Below, one piece after another: positions 1 to 14,165 of a stretch of DNA of 64,000 bases. The stretch is from Octopus sinensis (lineage: Eukaryota): assembly GCF_006345805.1 (NCBI RefSeq), contig NC_043000.1, positions 16,802,001 to 16,866,000 on the forward strand, in the 5' to 3' direction. Position 1 is the first letter of the stretch. Every line of letters starts with the position of its first letter. The notes under the pieces are model-generated. The model did no database searches and was not told the origin of the DNA. It worked only from the letters and a program-made list of their open reading frames with translations. Position numbers and translations under genes: made by a program.

Positions 1-1251
1 TTGTTTGGAATTTTAAGGTTACTAAAATGCTTTATCTTGGAGTTATTTTAAAAAAAATCTATTTTCAAGTTTCTGACATTGTAGAAGGTTTACACAACAA
101 CAATAAATACACATGAAAATTATTAAAAAAAAAAAAGAAGAAAATATGTAAATACAAAATTTGATATCTCCATTTATATTCTCATATTTTTACTATGTCT
201 GTACCTTTTTTTTTATATATCTTGAAAGAAAAAAAAAATGAAAATATTGAGAGAATAACTGAAGAATTAATTTAAATATTGAACATTTATAGCATGTAGA
301 CTAAGGAGGATAAAAAAATACGATAATTCTAATTTGAACATGATATAATTAACTGAATACTTAATGGAATAGCTTAATAGTCACAAACTATTCTTAGGAA
401 CATTCTAAATCACAAACCATTCACAGAAACAAGCTAACAGTCACAAGACATTCACAGTAACCAATCACAGAAAATCTCAATTTGGCAATATAATTGTTCT
501 TCAAGAAGTTATGCACTGGCCCCAAATCTCCCACAGAGGAGCTCAGTGATGGCTTACCATCTTTCAAATAATGGTGACAAAAAAAAAAAAAAAAAAATAA
601 AGGTTACTATCCACAAGACTGTTTAGCAATCCTTTTCACAACAACAACACAAACAACCTAACAATTATAAATATATACATATATGTATTATGCATACATA
701 TTTAATAAACATCCAACAGAATATATACATATATATATATACTAGCTTAAAAGTTGCACTCTGTGCAGACTTTTACACCAACTCCTACAGAGGGCGAATT
801 CAGCCTGCTGCCCTAAACTAAAGGGAGCCAAATAACATGACTAGTGTATGTCTATAATGACTATATGCCCTGGTGGTGTGTGATCAGTGGTTAAGGACAG
901 ATGAGAATTAATTCTGTAATGCAATCATTCTATTGTTCCAGTACCAAGTTGAATTCCAACTGTTGGCCAATTTGTCCCAAAGTTCTTATCTCGACATAAA
1001 ATTAAATGAAGTAAATGTCATTCATCTCACCCCTGATCTCTGATGTCGTCTGACAAACGCCAACCAAGATGGCATGAATCAGCCAAGCTTTACCGGTTAG
1101 AAATAGTAACCCAAATGCTTTTAAATCAGAGCCCAATGCTGGATGTTCAAGAACCAGCTGAAGGGCAGATTTTCAACTGTGGGATCATCCTGGTTCCAAA
1201 AAAGTATAACATGTCTATGTAGAGCAAATATAGGCTGAGATACAGGAGTCC

Positions 1252-1328
1252 CAGACAGACAGACAGACGGACGGACGGACGAATGGACAGACAGACAGAC
1301 GAACAGACGGAGAGACGGCCGGCCGGCC
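1252..1328. repeat. Compound tetranucleotide microsatellite (GACA/GACG/GGCC)
   Basis: Seen directly, about 70 nt downstream of the 1395 donor. Confidence 0.85.
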
Positions 1329-1394
1329 AGGCAGAAATTGCTCTTATTATTATAGGTGTAAATATATAGGAAAGACAAGCTGTGTTTAACATAC

Positions 1395-1566
1395 CTTCAT
1401 CTTCCGAGTCTGACAACATTGTCTCAGTCATGGTTTCTGGGGCAACTACTTTATACTTGTCTTCAATCGCAGGTAGTGTTTCCGTCACCTCGGTCAGATT
1501 TTTCAGCGTATCAACCACCGAAATATAGCCCAAACGCTGTGCAATTGATAGTGCTGTTTGGCCAGT
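1395..1566 (-). CDS. ANK2: Ankyrin exon, 172 nt: [57 protein letters not shown](G); last ANK repeat plus linker
   Basis: Acceptor tttcag, donor GTATGT, phase 0/1; the linker resembles AnkB [21 protein letters not shown]. Confidence 0.96.
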
Positions 1567-4500
1567 CTGAAAACATGGGTTAACGTTTCAAATGAATTAA
1601 AGGGGTGGAAAAAAAACAAAAAAGCAAGCAAATAAAATTTAAAAAAAACTGCAATAAAAACTTCTATTAATTAAATAAATTTTTGGGTGTACTTTGGTGA
1701 TATGTGTTCAGCAATAAAAAAAATCATGTGCATGTGTATGCATGGGTGTGTAACTGAAGGTATGAATGTGTGTGTCTGTGAGACAATGGTTGTATATAAC
1801 ACCAAGTCAAGTGAGAGCTGTAAATGTAGCAATGTAATAAAAATAAATGGAGGGATATGAAGACAAGGGTGGAGGGGGGAAAGCAAGACGAGAAAGGCAG
1901 AGAGAGAGAGAGAGAAGGGGAGTAGAGTGGACAAGAAGAGTGGAGTAGACACGAAAAGACTGGAGAAGGTGACAGAAGTGTTGAGTGGATGAGAGGGGAG
2001 AGAGCAACTGCAGAAGAGTGTGATGGCAATATTGGAGTAGTGAGTTCAAGGTTAAAGAGTGGAGTGTGGATGCAAGAGTGGGGGATTATTATATAAGGAG
2101 GAAAAGGTGGAGGAGGAAGCATAAGTGACATGAGGAGGGCACAATAAGGTAGAGAACTGATTTTATTATAGCCATAAAGGTTACAATAAGGTAGAGAACA
2201 ACAACCACAGTTATGTGGTTGAAGCACTCCGTCGGTTATGACGATGAGCGTTCCAGTTGATCCGAATCAATGGAACAGCCTGCTCGTGAAATTAACGTGT
2301 AAGTGGCTGAGCACTCCACAGACATGTGCACCCTTAACGTAGTTCTCGGGGATATTCAGCGTGACACAGAGAGTGACAAGGCCGGCCCCTTGAAATACAG
2401 GTACAACAGAAACAGGAAGTAAGAGTGAGAGAAAGTTGTGGTGAAAGAGTACAGCAGGGATCACCACCATCCCCTGCCGGAGCCTCGTGGAGCTTTTAGG
2501 TGTTTTCGCTCAATAAACACTCACAACGCCCAGTCCGGGAATCGAAACTGCGATCCTATGACCGCGAGTCCGCTGCCCTAACCACTGGGCCATTGCGTCT
2601 CCACACAACAGATATGTAAGGCGTAGGCAACAAGTGGAATGAAATGACTTGGGACAGCGGTTTCTATGCAGATGACTTGGTACAGCAGATTGAACATTCA
2701 ACCCATTTTGGCAACAGTATTTTTTTGGTGCTGGAGGAAAACACACACACATCTGCAGAAACCTATTTCTTTATTACCCACAAGTGGCCAAACAAGGGCA
2801 GACATAGGTATTAAGTCGATTACATTGACCCCAGTGCAATAAACTGGTACTTAATTTATCGACCCCGAAAGGATGAAAGGTAAAGTTGACCTCAGCGGAA
2901 TTTGAACTCAGAACGTAATGGCTGACGAAATACTGCTAAGCATTTCATCCGGCGTGCTAACGATTCTGCCAGCTCACCGCCTTTTCCTGCAGAAACCTAC
3001 ACTTACAAAGAGGAGGGAGGGAGAGAGAGAGAGAGAGAGAAGATAGAGAAAGAGAGAGTGTGAGAGATAATTTATTAATTGAACACAAGTGACAGATATT
3101 TTTCCTCTCCTCATATACATAAAGAGAAATATATTTTTATTAATAATTAGCAGAAGTAACAGAGTGACTCAAGGTCCGAGAGTTTCGTGCGTTGGCACTT
3201 ACCAAACTCTTGGACCTTGAGTCACTCTGTTATTTCTGCTAAATATTAATAAAAACATACATATACTCATATTTTGAGTTCCATTTTCCCTGTTTGCATC
3301 AACATACCTGTAAAGGGAGAGCAAGAGAGAGAGAGTAAGGAGTAGGGAAGAGAGAGAGTAGGGGAGAGTAGGGAGGAGGGAGAGAGTAGGGAAGAGAGAG
3401 AGTAGGGGAGAGTAGTGAGGAGAGAGTAGGGAGGAGGGAGTAGGGGAGAGTAGGGAGGATAGAGTAGTGAGGAGAGAGAGAGTAGGGAAGAGAGAGAGAG
3501 TAGGGGAGAGAGTAGTGAGGAGAGAGTAGGGAGGAGGGAGAGAGTAGGGAAGAGAGAGTAGGGAGGAGGGAGAGAGTAGGGAAGAGAGAGTAGGAAGGAG
3601 AGAGTGGGAAGGAGAGAGTAGGAAGGAGAGAGAGAGAGTAGGGAGGAGAGAAAGGAGAGAGGGAGAGAGATAGGGAAGAGAAAGAGCGAAACATTGAAAC
3701 ATCTAACGTCAAATAAGTCAGCATTGAAACAGCACTGCCGAATAGGTTGTACCAAAACACCTCAACAGTGTGGCAACAGTGATGTAAAGAGACGGTACAA
3801 CAAACATGGTGTACTTACATTAGTTACAGCATTGGGTGATGCTTTGTTCTTGAGAAGTAAATTGATAACCATCACATGGCCTTGCTGAGCCGCTTGGTGA
3901 AGTGGTGTGTAACCCAACTGGAAGAACAAGAAACAAGGTGTAAGATAACTTTACAATGACTTTAAAGATGACTTTAAATAAACAAATCTTTATAGTGTTG
4001 CATGGGCGGAGGTCAGCCGTTTGACCTTGCTATATTAAACTAATTAGACTGTTGATGATTGGAAACTGAAAAATGGTGCAAGGGTGAAGGTATGGCTGTG
4101 GCTGTGTGGTAAGTAGCTTGTTTACCAACCACATGGTTCCAGGTTCAGTCCCACTGTGTGGCACCTTGGGCAAGTGTCTTCTACTACAGCCCCGGGCCGA
4201 CCAAAGCCTTGTGAATGGATTTAGTAGACGGAAACTGAAAAGAAGCCCGTCGTATATATGTATATATATATATATATATATGCATGTGTGTGTCTGTGTT
4301 TGTCCCCCTAGCATTGCTTGACAACCGATGCTGGTGTGTTTATGTCCCCGTCACTTAGCGGTTCGGCAAAAGAGACCGATAGAATAAGTACTGGGCTAAC
4401 AAAGAATAAATCCTGGGGTCGATTTGCTCGACTAAAGGCGGTGCTCCAGCATGACCACAGTCAAATGACTGAAACAAGTCAAAGAAATAAAAGAAGTATG

Positions 4501-7500
4501 ACCCAGCTTGTGGAAGAAACTATTGATAGACATGGAACGGTATACAATGTCAAGTTAGTGATAGCAAGCTGGCTATGGAATTACATTTTGTTCTTAACCT
4601 CATTTCTTCCCACTATATAAAATGCCTTGAGAAGTCTTGTTTTACTAAACAGAATCAGCACTGCTTGAACAGACCCTGTGTATGGAATACCTATAGCGGT
4701 ACTTCATTCTCAAAAAAAAGATTCTTTTGTCACCTGAAGGATTGCCCATGCAAAATGCTCTGAGTGGCAACCAAGTGAGTTATTAGCTTCAATTGAATAA
4801 AGAACCTTTACTTTAAGTATTGAGTCTTAGTTTTCTATCTGTGTGCCCCCCCCCCCCAGCTCTCTTCATCTTTTCAGACAGAATTAGCATCTGCTACAGA
4901 TATGTCTTTCCTGCCTGACCATTTTTCTGCCGGTGGGGGGACTGGTTTAAAGGAAGTGACTACTGCAAATGAGGCTTTCTAGTCAGCTTGACCAATTCCT
5001 GTAACATGGTGTCACAATGGCATGTTAAGGAAATAAACATCAACAGAATACCTGGAGTGCATCTGCAAAGTTAGACTGACTATTACTCTTCATTGTGGCA
5101 GTTCCTAAACACACACACAAACACAAACTTATACTCTGGCATTATTGATTTGTGGACTTTTAACAATTATAACAATTTACCAATTTCATTTCTTAATCTT
5201 CAATTAAAGGAACAAACAAACAGAAAAACAAAACCCTACTGACAGTAGATTGTAACATTCACAATATAGAGTATTTGTGACACTATATATAACTTTTGAA
5301 AGTATGTTTTATATATATATATATATCAGTTGATTACACTATTTAACTTCTGTTATCAGCCTCTGTATCACATACAATAAGAATATGAAATATGAAGATG
5401 TGAAAAAGTGTATGTGTGTATTTAGAGATTGTTCACATAAAAACCAGAAATTTTGAATTACATAAGTTGAGAGACAAAAAAAAGTTAAGTAAATTAACAA
5501 CTGAAATGTTTCAAAATTTCAAAAATATCTCTTTCAGAATAACAAGGGTTCAAAGAATTGTTCAAATTGCTCTCGACTAGGTTAGGTCAGATTAAACTGA
5601 CTTCAGTAACCAATCATTTGTAAAACAAAAACATGAAATATCAAGAGATACAAAATGAGTGGAAAAAACAAAAAAACACATCAACAACAAGAATATGTAT
5701 AATTTAAAATGAGATAAAATTTAAATAAAACCAAAAAATGATTAATTTTAAAATTTCAATGAAATGAAAATAATTTTAAAATAGTTTACACCTGGCCGAT
5801 TATTTTCATATTTATATAAAGCTTATATACTGGCAGTATTTCACTAAATTTAAAGCTAGTAAAAACATGAAAGTCAGTCAAAACAGATTGCATTAAATAG
5901 GTGTGAGTTGTAGTCATATGGAAACACTATCTGAAGAAGAAGATACACTTTTCTGGAATATTCCTAGAAATATCTAAGATGGAAGATGAAACAGAAATTA
6001 TATACAATTTGATATTTCATTATCTCTGTTATCTTATTTGAAGTTTACACATGTCCCACTTTTCTCATTCTCTCTCTGCATCCCAACCTATTCAGTTATC
6101 TCTCCTCAGGTAATTTATCTACCTCTTTTGCTATCACATATTAAAATTATCTTTCCATCCAAGTTGAGTTCCAGAAATATCCAGATTACAGGGTAGTTTA
6201 TTTAGTAACTTTGTAAGCGGATAGTAGGAAAAGAGTTAAAGTGTGTGCCAACCCAAGTCTCACAGTACTTGGGGTTTAGAGATGGTATGGATCCAAAAAG
6301 GAGATACAAGTATATGAGTAACAGAAATAATTCTGCAATGAGTTCATGAGAAATTAACAATATTGAAAAGTTTCTTATTTCTTTATTGCCCTCAAGGGGC
6401 TAAACATAGAGGGGACAAACAAGGACAGACAAACGGATTAAGTCAGTTACATTGACCCCAGTGTGTAACTGGTATTTAATTTATCGACCCCGAAAGGATG
6501 AAAGGCAAAGTTGACCTCAGCGGAATTTGAACTCAGAATGTAGCCGGGCGAAATGTTTAGTGGCATTTTGTCTGCTGCTACGTTCTGAGTTCAAATTCCA
6601 CCGAGGTTGACTTTGCCTTTTATCCTTTTGGGGTCAATAAATTAAGTACCAGTTATGCACTGGGGTCGATGTAATCGACTTAATCTCTTTGTCTGTCCTT
6701 GTTTGTTCCCTCTGTTTAGCCCCTTGTGGGCAATAAAGAAATAAAATATTGAAAAATTTCTTAAAAGTAGTTAACCATTTACTGATAAGTCTATGATTTA
6801 TGAGAATTCAGGTGAGTTGTGTGTGCTTTAGGGATACAATTCGAATGCCATGCAATATCTACTTAATCAAGTGTTTTACATTTTTGAGTTGTTGATCCAT
6901 GTTGAAAGAATCAATTGAATAAGTACCAGTAATATACTCAGGATGATACTACCCTATCTTTTACAGAAATGGCATCATATATCATATCTATAGTAATGCT
7001 ACTATATTATACTGACATGTACATATTTATCTGAAAACAAATTTACTAACACTACTATGTCACTTTTAATACCAATCCATCAAGCTGCCCCTGGTTGTAT
7101 GATACAAATCTCTGGTTTTAATGGGTTTAAAGTAATCTAAGTTAAAATCATCCACCAAAATTTCAGGTTACGTTCCAAAGACCAGTTTAATAATGGCAGT
7201 TATTTGAGTAAATTTTTTATTATTTCTAAAATTCATAGAAACAAAGTTAGATATATTGACATGCACACATTATCTGAGGACAAATTTACTATAATTTTTT
7301 TCTAAACTATGTCGGCTTCAACAATATTAAGCATACAAATAATATATATTAAATGTATTAATCCCCTCGTGGCTTATATTTTCCCCACCAAATACTATAC
7401 TACCAATATGTTTAAATTAATTTTCTACAATAGGGGTGGGTACCTCTTCCCTAGGAAAAAAAATTTCAGTCACACATTAAAATTTGAAATCATTCATTGA

Positions 7501-8875
7501 AAGTCTCTAGGAAAAAAAAAAATTACTTTTAAATTTAATAAGCTGAGCTGCGTATCTTTGAACTTATCTTTAAATATAAAAGTGAAGTTGTGTGTCTGTC
7601 TCCTACGATTTAGATTCCTAACTACTCCCACATTTTGCGGTGCAGTTTAACCAAAACCGGGTATCTTATAGTCGTGATTTATATCGAGCCTTTCTGGGTA
7701 TTAGCACACATCTACGATGAGTCTACGATTTTAAAAAGAATTTACCATCATTTTCCCCCATTTTAATTCATTTTTTCGCTATTATATAAGGGAAGTAACT
7801 CTCTAAAAATGTCTACGATGAGTCAATGATTTAAAAAAAATTTACTGTAATTTTTTTCCATTTTAATGCATTTTTCGCTATTATATAAGGGAAGTAACTC
7901 TCTAAAAATGTCTACGATGAGTCTACGATTTAAAAAAAATTTACCATAATTTTTTTTTCCATTTTTAATGCATTTTTTTGGCTATAACTCTAAAAATGCT
8001 TATATAGTTATTTCCCTTACAAGCCCGAGCAACGCCGGGCGATACTGCTAGTAATATATAATCATATTAAGTTGGTGTTTGCAATACTACAAAAAAATTT
8101 CTTAATTAAAAATCAAATTGTCTTTTTTTTATCACCTGAAGCCTGTTATTTGGGTAATAACAACAATCTAGGCACAAGGTCAGTGTTCTTGGGGTGGTGG
8201 TTAGTTGATTATTACATAGGTCACGGTACTTTACTGGTACATCATTTCAAAGTAAGATGAAAAGGTAAAGTTGACTGTGACAGTCTGAACTCAAAGAGCC
8301 GGAAGAAATACCTGAAGGTATTTTGTTCAATGCTTTAACATGGTGAAGCGCTGCCATTTCTTCTGTCATTTAGCTCAGACCAGCTTGACCAATTCATTAA
8401 CTTATTATCATTGACCACTACACTAATCCGATACAATATTATCTAGTGTCTAATGTTGGTCACTTCATTAGTTTAATACTGATCAAATGTCAATTAGAGA
8501 AGAAATATTTCTTTTTAGCAGCTTGGAGGACATCATTTTTTTATTTGTGTTTGCATGTTTTTAAAGGTTATTTAACAAAAATAAACAAAATATGAAATAA
8601 TGAAACTGTCAAAATAACAATAAAAATTAAATAATTAACAAATTATAGTTTCTAACATAATAACTGTTTCTAATAAGACAATGGCCAACACTTTTGAGAG
8701 AAGGGGAATTAGTCAATTACATTGACCCCAGTATTTTACTGGTACTTTATTTTATCGACCTTGAAGTGGCTAACCCTTGGCTGGATTTCAACTTAGAACA
8801 ATAAAGAGTCGTAACTAAATACTGACAATTTAACAGTTCTGCCAAATAGCAACAACAACAACAACAATAATAAAC

Positions 8876-8915
<40 letters not shown>

Positions 8916-11633
8916 GTAATAATAATAAACAATAATAATTAACAATATCACTCAGCTAAGAGCTGAGGAAAAAATAAATAAATAAAAATAAAAGTAACAA
9001 GATATAAAAAAATATAAGCTCATTGCTGGAGCTGAAGCTTAGATAGAGGCTCAGAAAGGATGATGAAGCAAACAAGAAGAGACAACTGCTCTAGACTGAT
9101 GACATAGCAACTAGGAAATCCTTTTTCATTTATGAAAATGAAAATCTATGAAACTCGAGTTTGTGTCTGGTTTGAAGGAGGATTTTATTTCAACAGGTCA
9201 TCTACTCATCCTAACCTCTCTTAATATCCCTTGCAGTAGAAATTAAAAAAAGACAAAAAAACACTTTCATATAAAAAAAAGGAAGGCTATGAAAACAGGA
9301 ATTACTGGGAATAGAAAATAAGTACGGTTTCAATAACATTTTTGCAGAGTTCATAAAAATGTTCAGTGCAGCAAATTTTGCCAGTTTAGTTTAAATATAT
9401 TAAGTGTTCTAGTGGTGGGAGTAGTGGGTGAATTTAGGTCTTATATATTCCTTACAAGAAACCCTATACACATAGCAACAATTTCAGTCTAAATTTGGAG
9501 CTTATAATGCCTACTATAAAGTTTTCTTAAAATCTTAACAACCACTCTATTAACATCATCATCATCAGTTTTAACATCTACTTTTCCAGATGAAGTTTGT
9601 TGAGGCAGATTTTCTATGGCTGGATGTCTTTCCTATCACCAACTCTTACTGGTTTTAAAGAAAGGTAATATTTCCTCTTCCATTGAATGATGAACTATGA
9701 AAACAGGCCCTTGTGAAGAACTGTAAACAAATGACATCGGTTTAGAATGAAGAGTGACCTTTGATTGCAATATACATGTTAGTGCAATATAAAAAAAGCA
9801 CTCAGTCCACTCTGTAAAGTGGTTGGTGTTAGGAAGGACATCCAGTCATGAAAACCATGCCAAAACAGTGGAGCTTGGTGCAGTCCTCTGGTTTGCCAGC
9901 TCCTATCAAACTATCTAAACCATGCCAGCATGGAAGATGGATGCTAAATGATGAATGATGATTCCCATGTGAAGACAAGGGGAATATACATTTACTCATG
10001 TACAGACACACACACATTAGGTATCTTCTAGTTTCCATTCATCAAATTACACTCGCATAGTATTGGTCAATCTATGGTCATCGTAGAAGACACCAGTGGA
10101 CAGCTTCAACACTAGGAATGAACCTGGAACCATGTGGCTTTAAGGAAAGCTTCTTAACTAAAGACATACACACATACATAATGTACTCTTTAAAACAGGA
10201 ACACTCCAAGAGTTAAAGGTTTAATTAGAAGGGCTTCAAGGAATGTAAGCTTTCTAAAAACTGAATTGTTTTTATGGAGATGTAGAAATACAAATAGAGG
10301 TAAAAGTATTTACAGAAGAGATGGATATAAGTGTTAGGGGCCTAGAGTTGGAATGATGAGCTGCTGTTACCAATAATACTCTTAAGGATAAGATAGTGAA
10401 CTGGCAGAATTGTTAGCGAGCCAGGTAAAATGCTTAGTGGAATTTCATCCATCTTTACGTTCTGAGTTCATATCCTGTCATGGTCAACTTTGCCTTTCAT
10501 CCTGCTCAGGGTTAATAAAATAAGTAACAGACGAGCACTTGAGTTGAAAAAAATCAATTTCCTCCACCCCCCAAATTGCTGGCCTTGTGCCAAAATTAAA
10601 AACCCATTATTACTATTAACCCTTCCCCATCACACACACATTATAGCTCGTCCTTGTGAAGGCCCCTATGGCTAATAAAAGAAATAATTTATTATTATTA
10701 TTATTATTATTATCTGCTGGGGTTAAGTTTGGACCTTAGAGATCAACTAACTATTCCTTTCATGGTTCCAAAGTTTATACAACCTCTCGAAAGAGCTGTT
10801 CTTCACTCCTGCTCCAGAGCGTCGGCTGCGGGGTCATTCCGAAAAGCTCTACCTGCGACGATTTCATCTCAATCGAAGGAGAGGAGCTTTCTCCATCCGG
10901 GTTGCGGATCCGTGGAACAAGCTGCCAGACGAGATGGTGAAGATGCTGACGACCGCTTTGTTCAAAGCCTCCCTTGACCTCAAGTGGCCTAAACTCTTTA
11001 CATGAACACCACCCTGTACTTAACTCCATGTCCTCCTACATGGCCTTGCTATTTGCTTTTGAGCCTAACTAACTAACTAACTAACTAGTACCAGTAAAAT
11101 ACTGGTGTCAGTCTAACTGACAGTACAACCCCAATCAAATTCAAGCCCTTGTGTCCATGCTAGAAATTATCATTGTTTATTGTCAGCAGAATTATTAGAG
11201 GATCACACAGAATTACTTACATTGTGAGTTCAAATCTCACCAAGGTCAGCTAAGCCTTTCATCCCCTGAGGGTTGATGAACTGAAGTACCAGTCTAGTAC
11301 TGAGGCCCGATGGTATCAACTAACCCTCTCCCCACTTATTTCTACCATGCTTCCCTACCAAAAGGCAAGAACACCACACTTTCTTTTCTCCCCTTTCCAT
11401 AAGGTGGTGGTGTCTGTGAAATGAATGATGATGATGATGATGGTGGTGGTGGCAGCGTCAATGATGAGGTTAGCAATTTTAAAACATGAAACAAATGGGC
11501 AACTCTTTTTAAAATGACCTATAATAACCACAGAAGGCAAACTGGATATAACTAAATGATTTCTGAACCCAGATCAGATGTTAGGGGACACTACCTATGA
11601 TACATAAGGTCAAATCATTCACACTTCATATAC

Positions 11634-11664
<31 letters not shown>

Positions 11665-14116
11665 GATATATATATGTATATATATACACACATATATACA
11701 TACAAATGTTGGTGTTTAATCCCATATCAGCTAAGTCCAGCAGGCCTATGAAAAAAAGCATTCTAGCCATGCCCATCCAATCATCCCCCCCCCCAAGCAT
11801 TGTATACTATACCCAGCCTACATTACCAATGAGTGACTATAGGGTTAGGTTTGAGGGAAGACTTGACTGCTATTTCTAGAGAGGTTGAATGACTTTGTAG
11901 ACTCACTTTTCTTGGTCTGACTATATATAGTTAAGGCCTTTTTGAGAAGGAGTGAGAAATGTATGGTTATGATGATGGAGGATATTATTTTAAGAAAGAA
12001 TTATATTTATACAGCATGAATCAATTATTTTTTAGAATAGAGGCCTTCAGGAAAGAAGTATCTATAAAGTAAACCAAAAGAGAACAGAAAACTACAAGCA
12101 TAAAACTAATTGTCTTTCACATAAGCTGAAGGCCAAGGCCACCATTAGTAGTGTGACAGTGAATAGGATTGGTTGAATTAATGGTAGTTTATGTTTGATA
12201 TTTATCCCCTGGAGGGACGACAGGCATAGCTTCTACCCCAGCAGGTTTTAAAATTAGCAGGGAGGAGGAGAAGGAAATCAAAACGGCAAAAGGCATTTAG
12301 CGTGGCTCATTGCCAATTCTGATCACTTTAATAATAATCCTTTCTATTATAGGCACAAAGCCTGAAATTTTGTTGGAAAGTGCCAGTCAATTACATCGAC
12401 CCCAGCGCTCAACTGGTACTTATTTTATTGACCCCGTAAAAATGAAAGGCAAAGTTGATCTCAGTGGAATTTAAACTCAGAACGTAAAGATGGATGAAAT
12501 GTTACTGTTAATGATGGTAATTATGATAATCATTCTGAAATTAGGACATGGTCGTACATTTGGAAAAGCATAGGTGTCAATTGCTTTGGCTCCAGTACTT
12601 GATTGGATTCCAGAGGGAATAAAAGGTAAAAATGAACCAGCAATGGGACAGGACTTGAACTCAAACACAAAGGGATGTAACTAAATACTGCAAGTCCATT
12701 TTCTCTTACTAATCCTTCCTTATTATATTAATTTCTTTACTACCCACAAGGGGCTAAACACAAAAGGGACAAACAAGGACAGACAAACGGATTAAGTCGA
12801 TTACATCGACCCCAGTGTGTAACTGGTACTTAATTTATCGACCCCGAAAGGATGAAAGGCGAAGTCAACCTCGGCGGAATTTGAACCCAGAACGTAATGG
12901 CAGACGAAATACGGCTACGCATTTCACCCGGCGTGCTAACGTTTCTGCCAGCTCGCCGCCTCTTCCTTATTATATTACTGTGTTATAAATAGTTATAAAT
13001 TTTGTACATATTATTGGTACTTATTTATCCACTCCAGAGAGGTTACAAGCAAAGCTGACACTTGTGGAATATGAACTGTGATAATAATAATGGTTTTCAT
13101 TTAGGCCTGTCATTTTGAATTGAAACCATCAATCCCAGTATATGACTGGTACTTTATGGTATTGAGTAAAGATAGAAGGCAAAGTTGATGCTGGTGGGAG
13201 TTGGATTCAGAATATAAAGAGCCAGAACAAACACCACTAAGTTTTTGTTAAACACCATCCGATCGTGGCTGTGCCAGCCTCGCCTGGCCTCCATGTCGGT
13301 GGCACATAAAAAAACACCATCCGAGCGTGGCCGTTCGCCAGCCTCGTCTGGCACCTGTGTCGGTGGCACGTAAAAAAACACCATCCGAGCGTGGCCGTTT
13401 GCCAGCCTCGTCTGGCACCTGTGTCGGTGGCACATAAAAAGCACCCACTACACTCACAGAGTGGTTGGCGTTAGGAAGGGCATCCAGCTGTAGAAACACT
13501 GCCAGATCTGACTGGCCTGGTGCAGCCTTCTGGCTTCCCAGACCCCAGTTGAACCGTCTAACCCATGCTAGCATGGAGAACGGATGATGATGATGATGAT
13601 AATGATTCTGCTAGTCAGCTCTCCAGTTCTTGATTGATACTGATTTTATCAACCCCAAAACGACGAAAGGCAAAATTTGCCCTCAGCAGAATTTGAACTC
13701 AGAATGTAGAGACAGATGAAATGCTGCTAATCATTATGTCTGGTGTGCTAACACTACTGCCAGCTCACCACCTAATCATCATCATCATCATTTGACGTCC
13801 CTTTTTCCATGCTGGCATGAGTTAGACAGCTTGCTCAAATTTTGGCACAAAGCCAGTAATTCTGAGGGGAGGGGGAAAGTTAATTACATCAATCGCAGTA
13901 CTTGACTGGTACTTTATTTTATCCACCATGTAAAGATGAATGACAAAATTGATCTTGGCAAAATTAGCAGTTAGAACATAAGGAGCTAAAAGATATACTG
14001 CTAAAAATTTTGTTCGATATGCTAACAATTATGCCAGCTCACAGCCTAGGCATAATATTGATAAATAATAATAATAATAAAAGTAATTTCTAACTTAGGC
14101 AAAAAAAATATTGATA

Positions 14117-14165
<49 letters not shown>

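Noticed and set aside
1147-1394. Read-through of the last exon ORF into the intron (to ...ICPSAGS*)
   Set aside because: A canonical donor sits at the conserved EDEG boundary and the extension is microsatellite-derived
3199-3760. Three overlapping L/S/P-rich ORFs of 150-170 aa
   Set aside because: They are translations of the GA-rich minisatellite
9090-9130. CTGATGA-CATAGCAACTAG-GAAA
   Set aside because: Core words are present but no stem III, UH site or stem I could be built
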